Source: Octopus bimaculoides
Lineage: Eukaryota
Length of the DNA: 64,000 nucleotides
Direction of reading: 5' to 3'
NCBI RefSeq assembly: GCF_001194135.2
Contig: NC_068994.1
Coordinates: forward strand, 44,649,798-44,713,797
Shown: piece after piece, positions 35,470 to 48,022 of the stretch
Numbering within the stretch: position 1 is the first letter of the stretch
Layout of the letters: each line of letters begins with the position of its first letter
The notes under the pieces: generated by a model
Database searches by the model: none
Told to the model about the DNA's origin: nothing
What the model saw: the letters and a program-made list of their open reading frames with translations, nothing else
Made by a program: the position numbers and the translations under genes

Positions 35470-35715
35470 AAAACGGGACCAATTTTTTGCCTATGGACCC
35501 CTTTGATAGGATACTGGACCTCCATAGCCATTCAATGTAAATAAAATCTAGTTACATTTTTATCACTGAACATTCATACGAATTATATAAAAAAAATTTT
35601 GTTGAAATATTTTGCATATTATAGAAGTATAATCGATTTTATTGCACATAAATTTTAACAACAAAATCTTATATAGACCCCCAAGTGTCGTGTGGACCCC
35701 GGTTGAGAACCATTG
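35470..35715. mobile_element. hAT-like MITE remnant
   Basis: Terminus ggaccccggttgagaaccattg resembles the reverse complement of CAGTGGTTCTCAACC hAT ends; similar ends at 35364-35378 and 63360-63382. Confidence 0.4.
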
Positions 35716-38619
35716 ATCCAAATGCAAACCCACTCAGCAAAATAAATTTAATTTGTCACTAAATCTCACAGTCTACGAGTTATATATGGTATTTTTTTTA
35801 TTATAATTATTATTTAGTCATAAGAGGGAGAGCAGCAGCATGGCACTTCCATGTCATGTAGGAGGAAACAAAGGCATTATTCTCACACGAAGATTTGTCT
35901 TGAATGGTTGTTGAAGAAAGAAAGGACTTCGCCAAAGGCATCCATCCAACTGACAAATATTGTGTAAACCATCTTAATACAGTACCAATTCAGAATATAT
36001 GACGATTGTGATAAAAAGTATTTGTTTGTAGTTTAAAACTGCCAAATTCTATTCCTGTTGTCAATACTTGAAAACTGTCTGAACTGTTTCGAGCAGTGAA
36101 ATATTTCAAAACTTTCGTGATGGGAGTAATACTCTGGAAGATGATGGTGCTCCAGCATGACCACAGCCACTTGGCTGAAACGCATAAATAAATAAATAAA
36201 CGAATATAAATGACAACAAAAGGAGCAAACATGTAGCTTCGTACAATACCAAGCATGGATACGATGATAGTTCAACTTATGTTTCATTATCACAACCAGA
36301 TTGGTACACCATAAAGTCTTTTATTTTAAGACTTAGAAAAGTCTGCAATTTCATTTTCCAAACTATTATATGGAAATATAGGTTTTACTTTCAAAATAAA
36401 TTTTAACGTTAACATTCGTCAAACAAATTTCTAAAAATACCAGAAAACTATTCAGTTAAATAAAGAAACGTCAAAAATTACAAGAGGAATGAGAGATGTG
36501 GGGGGAAAAGATAAGAAGTGCATGACAAGGAATTTCAATGTGAGGAAGAAAAATAATAGGAAAGAAAATTGAAAAAGTGTCAAGACCAGCAGGAAATGGT
36601 AAAGAAACGATGGGATGGCTGGGATATGAAGTATGAACTGGAATGTGTAAAAGGAAAAATGAACAGGCAAGAATGGAGAAAGATAGAATTTAGAATTTCA
36701 GAGATATACCCCTAAAACGGAATGAATAACGATAAGCAATGTCAGTAATTGTTAATTCTAGAAAGAAATGAGAGAAGAGGAATTGAATAACGTCAGTGAT
36801 GTATTTAAAAAGTTGGTAGCACAAGACTCAGGTGCTGAAAAGCGAAAACTGATATAGTAAGAGTTAAATAGTTGCTGTTTAACATCAAGTGAGCCCTGAT
36901 AGAGCAGTTATGATCGAAGGTATGCCAGCTATGCCCATCCCGCCTTTTTTAAGAGTATGTTATATTACATTAAGGGCATTCCTATAGGATAGAGTTGGAA
37001 ATTATATTAAGGGCCCAAAACTAATTAATTTGGATTTGTATGCTTTTAACATAGTAGATTACGAGACTGCAAAAAAAGGGGGGACGCCCCCTCTCCTGCC
37101 CTTTCGCACAACTTTTCAGTTTTTTTTTTACTTTCTTTCGAATTTGTTCTCATATTCATGTTTTAAACGTGAGATTATGATTCTTCCAAATTACCCGTAA
37201 CATATACCTCCACCACGTAAAAAAAGGGGGAAAAATTGAACAAGACAACTGAAAATTCATGGAAAAAAAGTTGGGTGAGATTGGGATAAGATTTCATTTT
37301 TGGGGTTCTTTTTTGCACATTCATACACACAGATCCGGAGAGATTGTGGTGTTTTGTTTTGGCAACTAATTTCCGACTCTCTTCTAATGGAATATCTACA
37401 TTATGTAACTTGTCGTTTTACCTTGTTTAAAACAGTGGGGTGTGATTTGAGATAGGTTTGATTACTATTTCTAGCAGACCGAGCGACCATGGAGAGGCTT
37501 TTTACGAGGGAAATCTTTTTTAGTAACGGGAAGAGAAAAAAGGGGGCAGTGATAGATAGAATATGTTGTTAAGTAGGGATAATAGGAGAGAGAATAAGAG
37601 AACGGGGAAAAAAATTGAAAAGACAGGCAACATGAAGAAAGGGGTCAAACAAGAACTGTGGGTTACTCTATTTGTAAACGAGAACGGACTAAAAAAATGA
37701 ATGAAGATAGAAGTCTGATGGAGAAGGGAATGTGTAGTAATGAAAGAGAGAAAGACAGAAGGAGGGAGAAAGACAGGAGAGAGCAAGAGGAGGGAGAGGG
37801 AGGAAGGGGAGGGAATAAGAGGAGGAAGGTGAGAGAAAAGAGAGGGAGGAAGGAGAGGGAGTGTTTAGAGCGAGCGGGAGAGAAAGACAGATAGAGGGGG
37901 AGTAACAGGAGCAAAAAAAAAATCAAAACAAAAGATAGAATCATATGAATTGTAATAAGACAGAACACGTAGGAGAGAAGAAAATGAGAGATAAGAAACG
38001 AAGACAGATGGTATCTTTTGAGGAAAATTATAATTAAAGAATACGAGAGCAGAAGGATTAAAAAAAAACGAGTAGGATAATTGAAATGAAGAAAAAGGAT
38101 TAAAAAATTTAGAAAAGAAAATTAAAGAATTAGGGGAAGAGAAATTAAAGTGAATTAAAAGAAAGCGAATTAATGAAAGAAGATTTTTAAAAATAGAGAT
38201 GAATTTAAAATGTGAAAAGGGGATGAAGAATTATGAAAAAATAAGATGATCGAAATTAAGAAGATAGATGCATCCAAGTAGAGATTAATTAAAAGGATTA
38301 GTGGAGGAAATTGAGACCAAAAGATAAGACAAAGAGGAGAAAGGATGAGATAGATAGAGAGGAGATGGAGAAGAAGATGATGGGTAGGGATAGGACAAGA
38401 GAATTACAATGGAAAAAAGAAGAAAGTAATAAAAAAAAAGAAGGAAAGTGAGATGAGGAAAGAAATAATGAATCAAAAGTGAAGGAAACAGCAGTAATAG
38501 ATATTGGATGAGAATGACGAACGAAAGTAGGGTGAATTTTAATATACAAAAAAGGATATGGCCCCACTAACACCCCCGACCAAAATGGAAAAAAGCATAG
38601 GTGGAGGAATATTGATTAC

Positions 38620-39089
38620 CTAAAATACATACATGCATGTATATATATATACACACATATATGTATATATATATACACACATATATGTATATATATATAC
38701 ACACATATATGTATATATATATGCACACATATCCACATTTCTAAATGTACAATATATGCTCTTAAATATACATGTGTATATATTTCACATATACATATTA
38801 TATACATATGTACACATACGTGTAGAAATAAATGTATATCTCTATATGTGTGTGTGTGTGTGAGAGAGAGGTGTGTGCAGGGATGGATGGTGAAATGAAA
38901 GCTGAAGAAAATGAATGAATTTATACATTGTGCAAATTAACCGAAATAAGGAAATCGCTGGAAAGTAGATTAAAAATAATGTGATTATATATTCCCTTAT
39001 TGGACATTATTATATATCATTCCCTTGAACTTCCATGTAAAATACATATTCGATTATGAGTGTACCTATTTGTGTGTCTATGTATACAT

Positions 39090-39129
<40 letters not shown>

Positions 39130-39200
39130 GCACACGTGTGTATATTTAAACATATATATACATACAGACACATGTATGTATGTATGTATGAAAGAGCTAT
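38620..39200. repeat. Compound TA/CA microsatellites, including a ~22-bp higher-order unit at 38640-38720
   Basis: atatatatatacacacatatatgt repeated. Confidence 0.85.
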
Positions 39201-42200
39201 CTTTACATACATGAATACATCAACATGATGTATGTGCCAATTAATTACAATAGGTAACTGAGTGTATATGTGTGGATAGCATGTATACATGACAATAGTT
39301 AAGACTACCACAGTAAAGTTTCTATAACTGACGAAATAGAAGAGAAATCTACAGAGCAGAGTCTATGATCACGTCTTTTTATAGGATAACTAGAAGTACA
39401 TTAGCCAATATGTACTTTCCATTTAAGACAGTATGGTTTGGATGTGAGGTAAAATTGGCTGCTATTTCTAGCAGGTCGAGTGGCTACAAAGATTCACTCG
39501 ATGATTGTGCTGGTGTTTAGCCCAAGGTCAGCCGTGATTGAACAAGCCCATCATCGAAGCCGTTCAAGTTGTCACTATCCCCTCTGTTTATCTACAAGAC
39601 TAATGTTATCCAATGCCTTCTTTTCTTTTAAAGACGGGGTGAGACAAGGTTGCTATTTCTAGCATGTGGATCCACCACGTATGGACTCTCTCGATAAGCT
39701 AGTTCTTTGGTTGTGCTGTACAAGGTGGAAAGTGGAAAGTTAGTAATATTTGATGAGGAAAGAGCCGCCGATCGGTCCTAGATTTAAAGCAAAACAAAAA
39801 ATAATAATAAGGAGGTCAAGCAAAATGAGAGAGAGTTAAAACAATGAAAATAAGAGTGATGGATTGAATTATTGTAGAGGAAGAAATAGAAAAGCTAAAG
39901 AGAAAACGATAGGAGGGAGCAAAAACAGAAGTGGTAAGAGCGATTAAGCATAAACAATTTTATTTACAATGAGGGGTGAGGGAAAAAGATAGTGAGAACA
40001 AAGAGAAAGGGCAAAACTATAAGAGGGAGCAACAGCAACAATAGTAACAGCGAGAGAAGTGAACAAAAAAATAAAGAAAGAAGAAATAAAGGAGAGAAGC
40101 AAACAGGAGGGAAAAGCAACGTAAAGAGTAAGAGCAAGAGGAGAAGGAGGAGAGTAAGATAAAATGAAAGGTACTAGGTAAATGGAGGGAGAAACGGCGA
40201 TAATAGTAACAGCATGAGGAAAAATAAAGCTTGAGGAAACTGTAACAGAGTAGCAGGAGGACGCAGAGGTAGCAGCGTGAGGGAACGGAGGAGAAGTTGT
40301 ATGAAATGACTACAAGAAAAAAAAGGAGCTACACAATAATCAAGGTAATAGGAGGAGAAAATATGTCCGTGTGATGTTGTGTGAGAATACATAGATATAA
40401 ATATTTATATATTATTATATACACTGATATGTTTACGAAGGCTTAATCGTGAATAGAGGGGGGGGGATGAAAGAGAGCTTCTTAGCGAGAAGAGAAATAT
40501 AGGAAGTTGGTTTATGAGAAAGAGAGTGACAAAAAAAAAAGAAAGGACAGCAGAGAGATGTACTGTGGGAGGAGGCAGTGAAAGAGAGAGATAGAGAGTG
40601 AGTGAAAGGGTGAGAGAGACGATTGGTTAAAAAAAGAAGGAAACGAGCCAATATGTCAAAATATTTTCGAAGGAAATACATGGCCAGAAAACGAGATAAA
40701 AATGTAATAGTTGGTAAAAGAAATCTGAAAAAAAAAAAAGTTATGAAGGACGGACTAGAAAAGTGATTGTAACTCTGAAGGAGTGTGTGTGAATGTTATG
40801 TGTGCAGTGAGGGTGATGATGTGTGGAGGAGGACGGACGGACGAGAAGGCTGCTTTGAAAACGTTTGCATGGAAGTGGAAGGAAGAGATAGAGATTTTAG
40901 ACAAGGTGGGAGGTAAACAGCCGTCGTGGTAGACATCTCAGAAAGTTGCTGTTTGTGTGGTAGCACCTACCTTTGAACAGGACCGACCACTTAGGCCCCC
41001 AAAGAATCGGTTATTTTACACCAACTAACTGCAACTCTATCCACACACCAACACACGCGCACGGGAACGGCATCATAGGGGGAGGCACAATGACATACAG
41101 ACAGACAGACAAAATGTTTTATTTACTCAGTTTTTTTTCCAAGAATCAATGAGCGAGTGACTCAAATAGCAAAGGATGTAAACAAAAGGGAGATAACTGT
41201 ACCTAGCTACTGTCAGAATTCTCGTTGGCCTTTTTCATTCATCTTTATTAGAAAACCCATCTCACCTTATTTTAATGTAAATTGTTATTATTATTCGTTT
41301 CATTCAGCTGCAATTAAATAACTGGATCAACAACTTTATTATTTTTCATTTGCTTTAGATTGTTTTTGTCCCATTTTTATATATTTTGGAGTAGAATCTA
41401 TTGAATTATTAGCATATATATATTTTTTTTTGCACCGCCACACCGGTATCTTTTGACCAGATAAACAAACCTTGATTAAATCTTGGCTCTCTTCACACAC
41501 ACACATATGTATGTATAATGAAATCAAAATATGTTGAACGACAAATTGTACAAAAGTAAATAAACGGAGTTGTTCTGCCAGAGAAAAGAAAAAAAAACAA
41601 ATTTAGTAATTTTTTTTTTATCTTAAAAAATTACTCTGAAACTATTTGATAGTAATGATGGACAAAGTTTAGTGATAATTTGCATACCAAAGCAGTTGAT
41701 TTAGTAAAGGTGCAAAACTCATGCTGGATTTATGAAGGGAAACTTAACAAATTTAGTTGAATAAAAACAAAAAAATTGTGAGGAATAATGAATGAGCTAG
41801 AAGGGAGGAGATGGAATGAAGAAAGCCAGTTAAGGAGGACTGAAATTGCATGTTTAAAAAAAAAAAACTATAAGATATGGTGAAAGAATGAAAAGAAAGT
41901 GTGATCGAGATGACAAGCAGAAAGAACCCAACAGTTCTCCTTCAGCTTTTTCCCTAAAACTGCATTCTGGTTAGTGCAATACTGCAATGTCTATCGTACC
42001 TTTCAGCATCTCTATCATTATTATTTATATTCATACAATACACATGTTTTCTATGTTATTGATTATTTAAATTCTATCTCCATTCAATGGTTCTCTCTCT
42101 CTCACTCTAGCTGTGTCCTCTCAGATGGTCCCGCCAATTTATTCTCAAAAGCTTTTCAACTAATAAATCTCTCTCTCTCTCTCTCTCTTAAATACTTCCG

Positions 42201-42746
42201 TATTATTGTTTTGTCCTTCAGAATATTTTTACCATTTGTTATTTTTTGTGCTGATGACATTTTAGTTTATTGACAGAAGTTCAGTTATTGAAATAAGTGC
42301 CATAAGATGGGATGTATAACGTTGTAGGAGGATTAGAAATGAAACTAGATTTTCGATTAAAATTAATATTTAAATTTATAATTAATTTAATGTGTTTACG
42401 AAGAGTAGCAAAGAAATTGTCGGTCGTAGGTTTTCTGAAACCGCCTTCCTCATTTTTCACATTTTGTTTTTGTTTTTGTCTCAGATTTATAGAGATGTCT
42501 TTATACTTTATACATTTTTTTGTTAGCATTTAGAATTGTTATATCTACTGATTCATCTATTTTTCCCATTATCTTAGTAATTGTTTTTTGAGTGTTAGTG
42601 TGTGTGTGTCACTTTGTTGTGTTATATAATATTTTGCTACTTTCTCCATCTAATCATTTACATAAAATGTATGTACACGTTTGCGTGTGCATGTTTTGGG
42701 CCATTTATATTAAGATAATGTCATTTTAATACAACCTAACCCTTTT

Positions 42747-42781
<35 letters not shown>

Positions 42782-45404
42782 CGTATTGTATTCCAGTTCT
42801 GTTGTTATTTTTAAGGGTATCAGGGTATTAGAAACAGTAGTCCCCAGAGGATTTAGATTTTATGTCTGAAGTCAACTTAGCTTTTTCTCAGTTGTATCAT
42901 CCTCTATAAATTTATGGACTTGTGCCAGTCTAAGATATTCTTATTTTCGATTGTCCTTCACTGACATATGTTAGGATTTAAGACTCAAATCACCTTTTAG
43001 CTTTGTTAGTCTTTTTTTATTAATATTTTTTTTTTTTGCTTTAACTTATTTACACTTGCACATAAATATAAGTTAATTAATAATGTAGTCTTTATTTGTA
43101 TAGGTATATCTATTTACTTAGTGTATTGTCTTACACGTACACATAAATATACACAAACCCATTTTTCCTAGTTACCAGCCCATTTGACACAACTACAGTT
43201 GTCACTTTATCTATTTACATGTCCCTTCTTATTATCCCTTCCTTCGCTTCGTTAATCCCGTTTTTTCATCATGTAGAACCATCGTTTTCATTTTAATTTT
43301 TGATCTGTGTGTGTGTGTGCTTATGAGTCTTATTATATACCCCTCTCTCTCTCTCTCTCTCTCTCTTCAGTTTCTCCTCCATAGTGAAACTGGGTTTTCT
43401 ATTCATCTGACAAATCATTATTTTTTACTCAAACCTGCCCTTTTGTTTAATTAATTAAAAGGGGTTATATGGAAACATTTTCTATATATATATATACGTA
43501 AATAGGCCCATCAAACGATGACCGATTTTTCAAGTATGGAACCTCAGATGTGCTATAATCCTATTATCCTGCATTATAAAAGCTCTTCTCGTTGTTTTCT
43601 CGTATAGTTTCATTACAATATTAAAAAAAACAAAAAACAAATTGGTCACATTTTTTTCTTTCTGACATGTCTGCATTTTTTGGGTTAGATTTTTACGGAG
43701 CTAGCGAATAGAAAATCCGAATGAATTATATACATCCTTGGGATGTATTAAAAGAAAAATATAAAACATGCAAACTAAATGAGCTGGACATGTCTCTACC
43801 TAATTAGGTGGCCCACGAATGTTTTTTGTTGTTGTAGTTTCTTAAAGATGGTTAGTATATACAATATATAAATGATTGAAATGAAAGAAACATTAAGTCA
43901 ATGTTTCCATATGCCTCTTGACTAATACCGAAGACTACTTTCTTTCAAGAAATTATTTTGTCTCTAATTAAATATTTAAGGATGCACATATGTGATAAAT
44001 ACGCTCAGGTTGTAATCGGATGGTTATTTTCGTTCATCGACTCGTATCGATTTAACTTAAAAAGAAAAAAAAAAGCTTCTTTTTTTTATCATGGATATTT
44101 TTGAAATTCTTGACGATTAAATTGTAGATTATTCGGAGATTCTTCTGTTTGCTTCACGACTGAAGAATGACGAATTAAATTAATTAATTAAAGATAGAAT
44201 TGTCTTGAAAATTGTGATGTAACACATCATGAAATGAGTACATATTGGAAGAGAAAAGTGTTTCGGAAGATAGGAATGGAAAGACAACTTGTCTTTTAAT
44301 GTAGGACTAAAGAACAACCAATATTTTACATTTAAAATACAAGAAGAAATCAGTTGACAGGGGTGATTCCCTCGTGGCTGGAATTTTTCGTCTGATGAAG
44401 TCCATCGCCTATGAACCGTTACACGGCCTCTTAGACAGGCGGAAGGACTGCTAGAAATAGCGGCCAAATCTCACTCATCCCATCGTCTTGAAAAGAGGAT
44501 GAATTAAATAATAGTCCTAGACGGTTGGACTGTCTTGATAAATCTATTCAGTCAAGGCTAATCATGGATTAAACGACAACCGTGAAGACTAATGCCTTCT
44601 CTTTTTTTTTTTTTCCAAACTTACAAAATTGTTCTTGCACAGTAAATCGCGATTTTGTTTCTATCTGGGAGAGGGTGGTCTTTCTTTGGTTAGTTGTCAG
44701 AAGGTTGGTTCAAACTTGTTTATTAGCAGCTCTCATCGATACCAATTTGAGTAACTTGTTGATTTTCGATTATACTAAGGAACTGGTGAACTAGCGAGTG
44801 GGGCTCGACCTGCAGAAAATAGTCCTACNNNNNNNNNNNNNNNNNNNNNNNNNNNNNNNNNNNNNNNNNNNNNNNNNNNNNNNNNNNNNNNNNNNNNNNN
44901 NNNNNNNNNNNNNNNNNNNNNNNNNNNNNNNNNNNNNNNNNNNNNNNNNNNNNNNNNNNNNNNNNNNNNNNNNNNNNNNNNNNNNNNNNNNNNNNNNNNN
45001 NNNNNNNNNNNNNNNNNNNNNNNNNNNNNNNNNNNNNNNNNNNNNNNNNNNNNNNNNNNNNNNNNNNNNNNNNNNNNNNNNNNNNNNNNNNNNNNNNNNN
45101 NNNNNNNNNNNNNNNNNNNNNNNNNNNNNNNNNNNNNNNNNNNNNNNNNNNNNNNNNNNNNNNNNNNNNNNNNNNNNNNNNNNNNNNNNNNNNNNNNNNN
45201 NNNNNNNNNNNNNNNNNNNNNNNNNNNNNNNNNNNNNNNNNNNNNNNNNNNNNNNNNNNNNNNNNNNNNNNNNNNNNNNNNNNNNNNNNNNNNNNNNNNN
45301 NNNNNNNNNNNNNNNNNNNNNNNNNNNNNNNNNNNNNNNNNNNNNGAAAGGTATATATTTACCTTTTCCTCTTTCATATTTTGGACACTGTATTCTCCGC
45401 AGTG

Positions 45405-45413
45405 AAGGTAAGT
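45405..45413 (+). promoter_or_regulatory. Consensus 5' splice donor AAG|GTAAGT, candidate end of a ZNF-C 5' exon
   Basis: Perfect donor consensus with GT at 45408-45409, 2.6 kb upstream of the ZNF-C ORF on the same strand, near the end of a CpG-containing region. Confidence 0.4.
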
Positions 45414-48022
45414 TATCTGTTAACTTGCTCTTCGCAAAGAGGAGGGTCCTTTGGGAGTTGGCACGTGTTGCTAGATTTTAGTTTTAAACGTTTGCTCCAT
45501 TGTATTATTATTGTTAGGTGTGGGGGGGAGTGTTTCTGCCTTCACGAAAAGTTTGTTACCTTGTGAAAACACATGTATGTCCTAAAGGCTTGGCAGAGAA
45601 AGAATTATTAATTATAATCGCGGGAAATTTAACTGTCCGAATAAAAAAAAAAAGAGGGCGGGAGGGTGGATCATCATTTGCCAGAAATTTGGTAGTGTGC
45701 TTGTATGTTACTTAATAAAATAGAATTTATATTTAGGCTAGACACAATCCCATGCTAGTTTAGTGTCTCATTTTTCTTGGCCCAGTTCACCTGACAGAAG
45801 TGTTCTTTCAATAGATATCATCGATCTATTATGTCAGTTAATTTTTTTCCTTCAGAAACATCACCTTAAGTACATCAATGCCCATACACAAACATGTAAT
45901 TGTATATTGTTCAAACAGAATGGATCCCTAGGAAATTTCCCCGCGTCAGTTCATGCCCCTCGTAAAAGTAATTATCTACTCTAAAGTAGGCAGCTGGTGA
46001 GAATTTGCATGGGAAAAAATGTTGCAATACTGAAAAGTGTAGATTGATATTTCTGAGATGTAGTCAGGTATTCTTTCGATTTTTATTTTTTTATTTTCAT
46101 TCTCTGTAAAAAAAAAATTGTTCAATCAAATATAAGCCCCCTTATTCTTAGGATCAGAACTTTGCCAGATGCCCCCAAAGGATCTGAAATTCATTTGTTT
46201 TGTTAGGAACTTTGAATCTTGTTTATTGCTTCAAAATCTCATGTTATCTTTAAAGTTATTTATTCACAAATATATTGGCTTATTAGATATGCCATTCAAG
46301 AGCACATTGCTAAAAGCATGGCTGTGAGATTAAGAAGTTTGCTTATCAACAGTTTGGTTTTGAGTTTAATTTCATTCTATGGCATCTTGGGAAAATGTCT
46401 TTTACCATAGTCTTCTGTCAGCCAAAACTTTGTGAGTGAAATTTGGTCAGAGTAAACTGAGGAAGTTCATTTCTGTTCTCGGATAGTAGACTTGATCCAT
46501 CAATAGGTTTAACACCGACACCTGGTCCTTCGGTTCTTTAGCAGAGTCCACTTTGTTGCAAATATTAGGACAAGGTCTTTCATATGAGGATAACTTCCTC
46601 CCATTAATCTCAGGAGCACTGTAAAGTGATCTTGGGTACTGCCCTTCCTCTTCAGCCTAAGCAACAAAGAAGTGATATAATTATGCCTGATTGTAAAAAT
46701 TTACACTAAGCATTGTTGATATTGTAGATTATATTGGCACAGAAGTTGGCCAAGTCATTAGAATGTCTAATTAATAGTTTGTATCCTATTATTGGCATTG
46801 TTATATGTCTGTAACTAAGACAGGTTTATTCTTAGGATCAACATATATTTTAAACTGTAGATCAGGACTATGAAGTGTTGTGTTTGTAATAGGGTTGAGT
46901 ATTTTGATAGCTTTTCCACACTGTGCTCAATTTTTAACTGTGTTCCCATATATACATTACCATGTATAAATAAAATAAACTACAGCTGCATCTAATAATC
47001 TTGATTTCACTAAAAAAAAAAATTCACTGTTTTTCTTTCAATAATGACAGGATTAGGAATTTTGAGAAGTGTGTGTAGTATGTAGTCAGCTTTGTCTCCA
47101 GTATTTGACAGCTTCTTCTCTGGAAGTATTTTGAGCGAGTGGTTGACTATAAATACCAGACAGCGTATTGTTTGACACTACTGATCTTATGACTCCCCCC
47201 ACCCAAACTTATTTTTGATTGAAACTATACTTTTTTCATATACCAAATTTAAAAAAATAAAGCTAATGTCATTTCCAGCCAAATGTGCACCTGTTCTTGT
47301 TAATTGATGTTGAGAATTTTAAAATCTACCTAAAAATTATGCTACAGAGATGAGTTTAATATTGAATAAATTGTTTTACTAAATCCCTTCTAATTTTTGA
47401 TTATTTAAAAAAAAATTATCTGAAACATGTAGACAATTTATTTTATGGTTATGAAAGTTAACTGTTTACATAATCAGTGGTTATGTATTTAAACACTTAG
47501 TACTCATTTCTACATATTTCTGTTAGCTTCTTTTATTAATTGCTTCACATTATTTTACTAATGATATATAATTTTCTTTCTTTCTTTTTTTTTTTTTTTT
47601 TTTTTTTNNNNNNNNNNNNNNNNNNNNNNNNNNNNNNNNNNNNNNNNNNNNNNNNNNNNNNNNNNNNNNNNNNNNNNNNNNNNNNNNNNNNNNNNNNNNN
47701 NNNNNNNNNNNNNNNNNNNNNNNNNNNNNNNNNNNNNNNNNNNNNNNNNNNNNNNNNNNNNNNNNNNNNNNNNNNNNNNNNNNNNNNNNNNNNNNNNNNN
47801 NNNNNNNNNNNNNNNNNNNNNNNNNNNNNNNNNNNNNNNNNNNNNNNNNNNNNNNNNNNNNNNNNNNNNNNNNNNNNNNNNNNNNNNNNNNNNNNNNNNN
47901 NNNNNNNNNNNNNNNNNNNNNNNNNNNNNNNNNNNNNNNNNNNNNNNNNNNNNNNNNNNNNNNNNNNNTTTTTTTTTTTTTTTTTTTTTTTTCAAATTAT
48001 TAAAATTGATACTTTCATTGTC

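Noticed and set aside
44392-44425. Other CTGATGA motifs (3851, 10727, 44392) as hammerhead ribozymes
   Set aside because: No correctly placed GAAA box and stems.
47540-48022. N-terminal extension of the 660-aa ORF, and all other ORFs containing X runs (5308, 7816, 14001, 19776, 44775, 50240, 55213, 61678 etc.)
   Set aside because: They are translations across N-gaps and flanking microsatellites, not evidence of coding.
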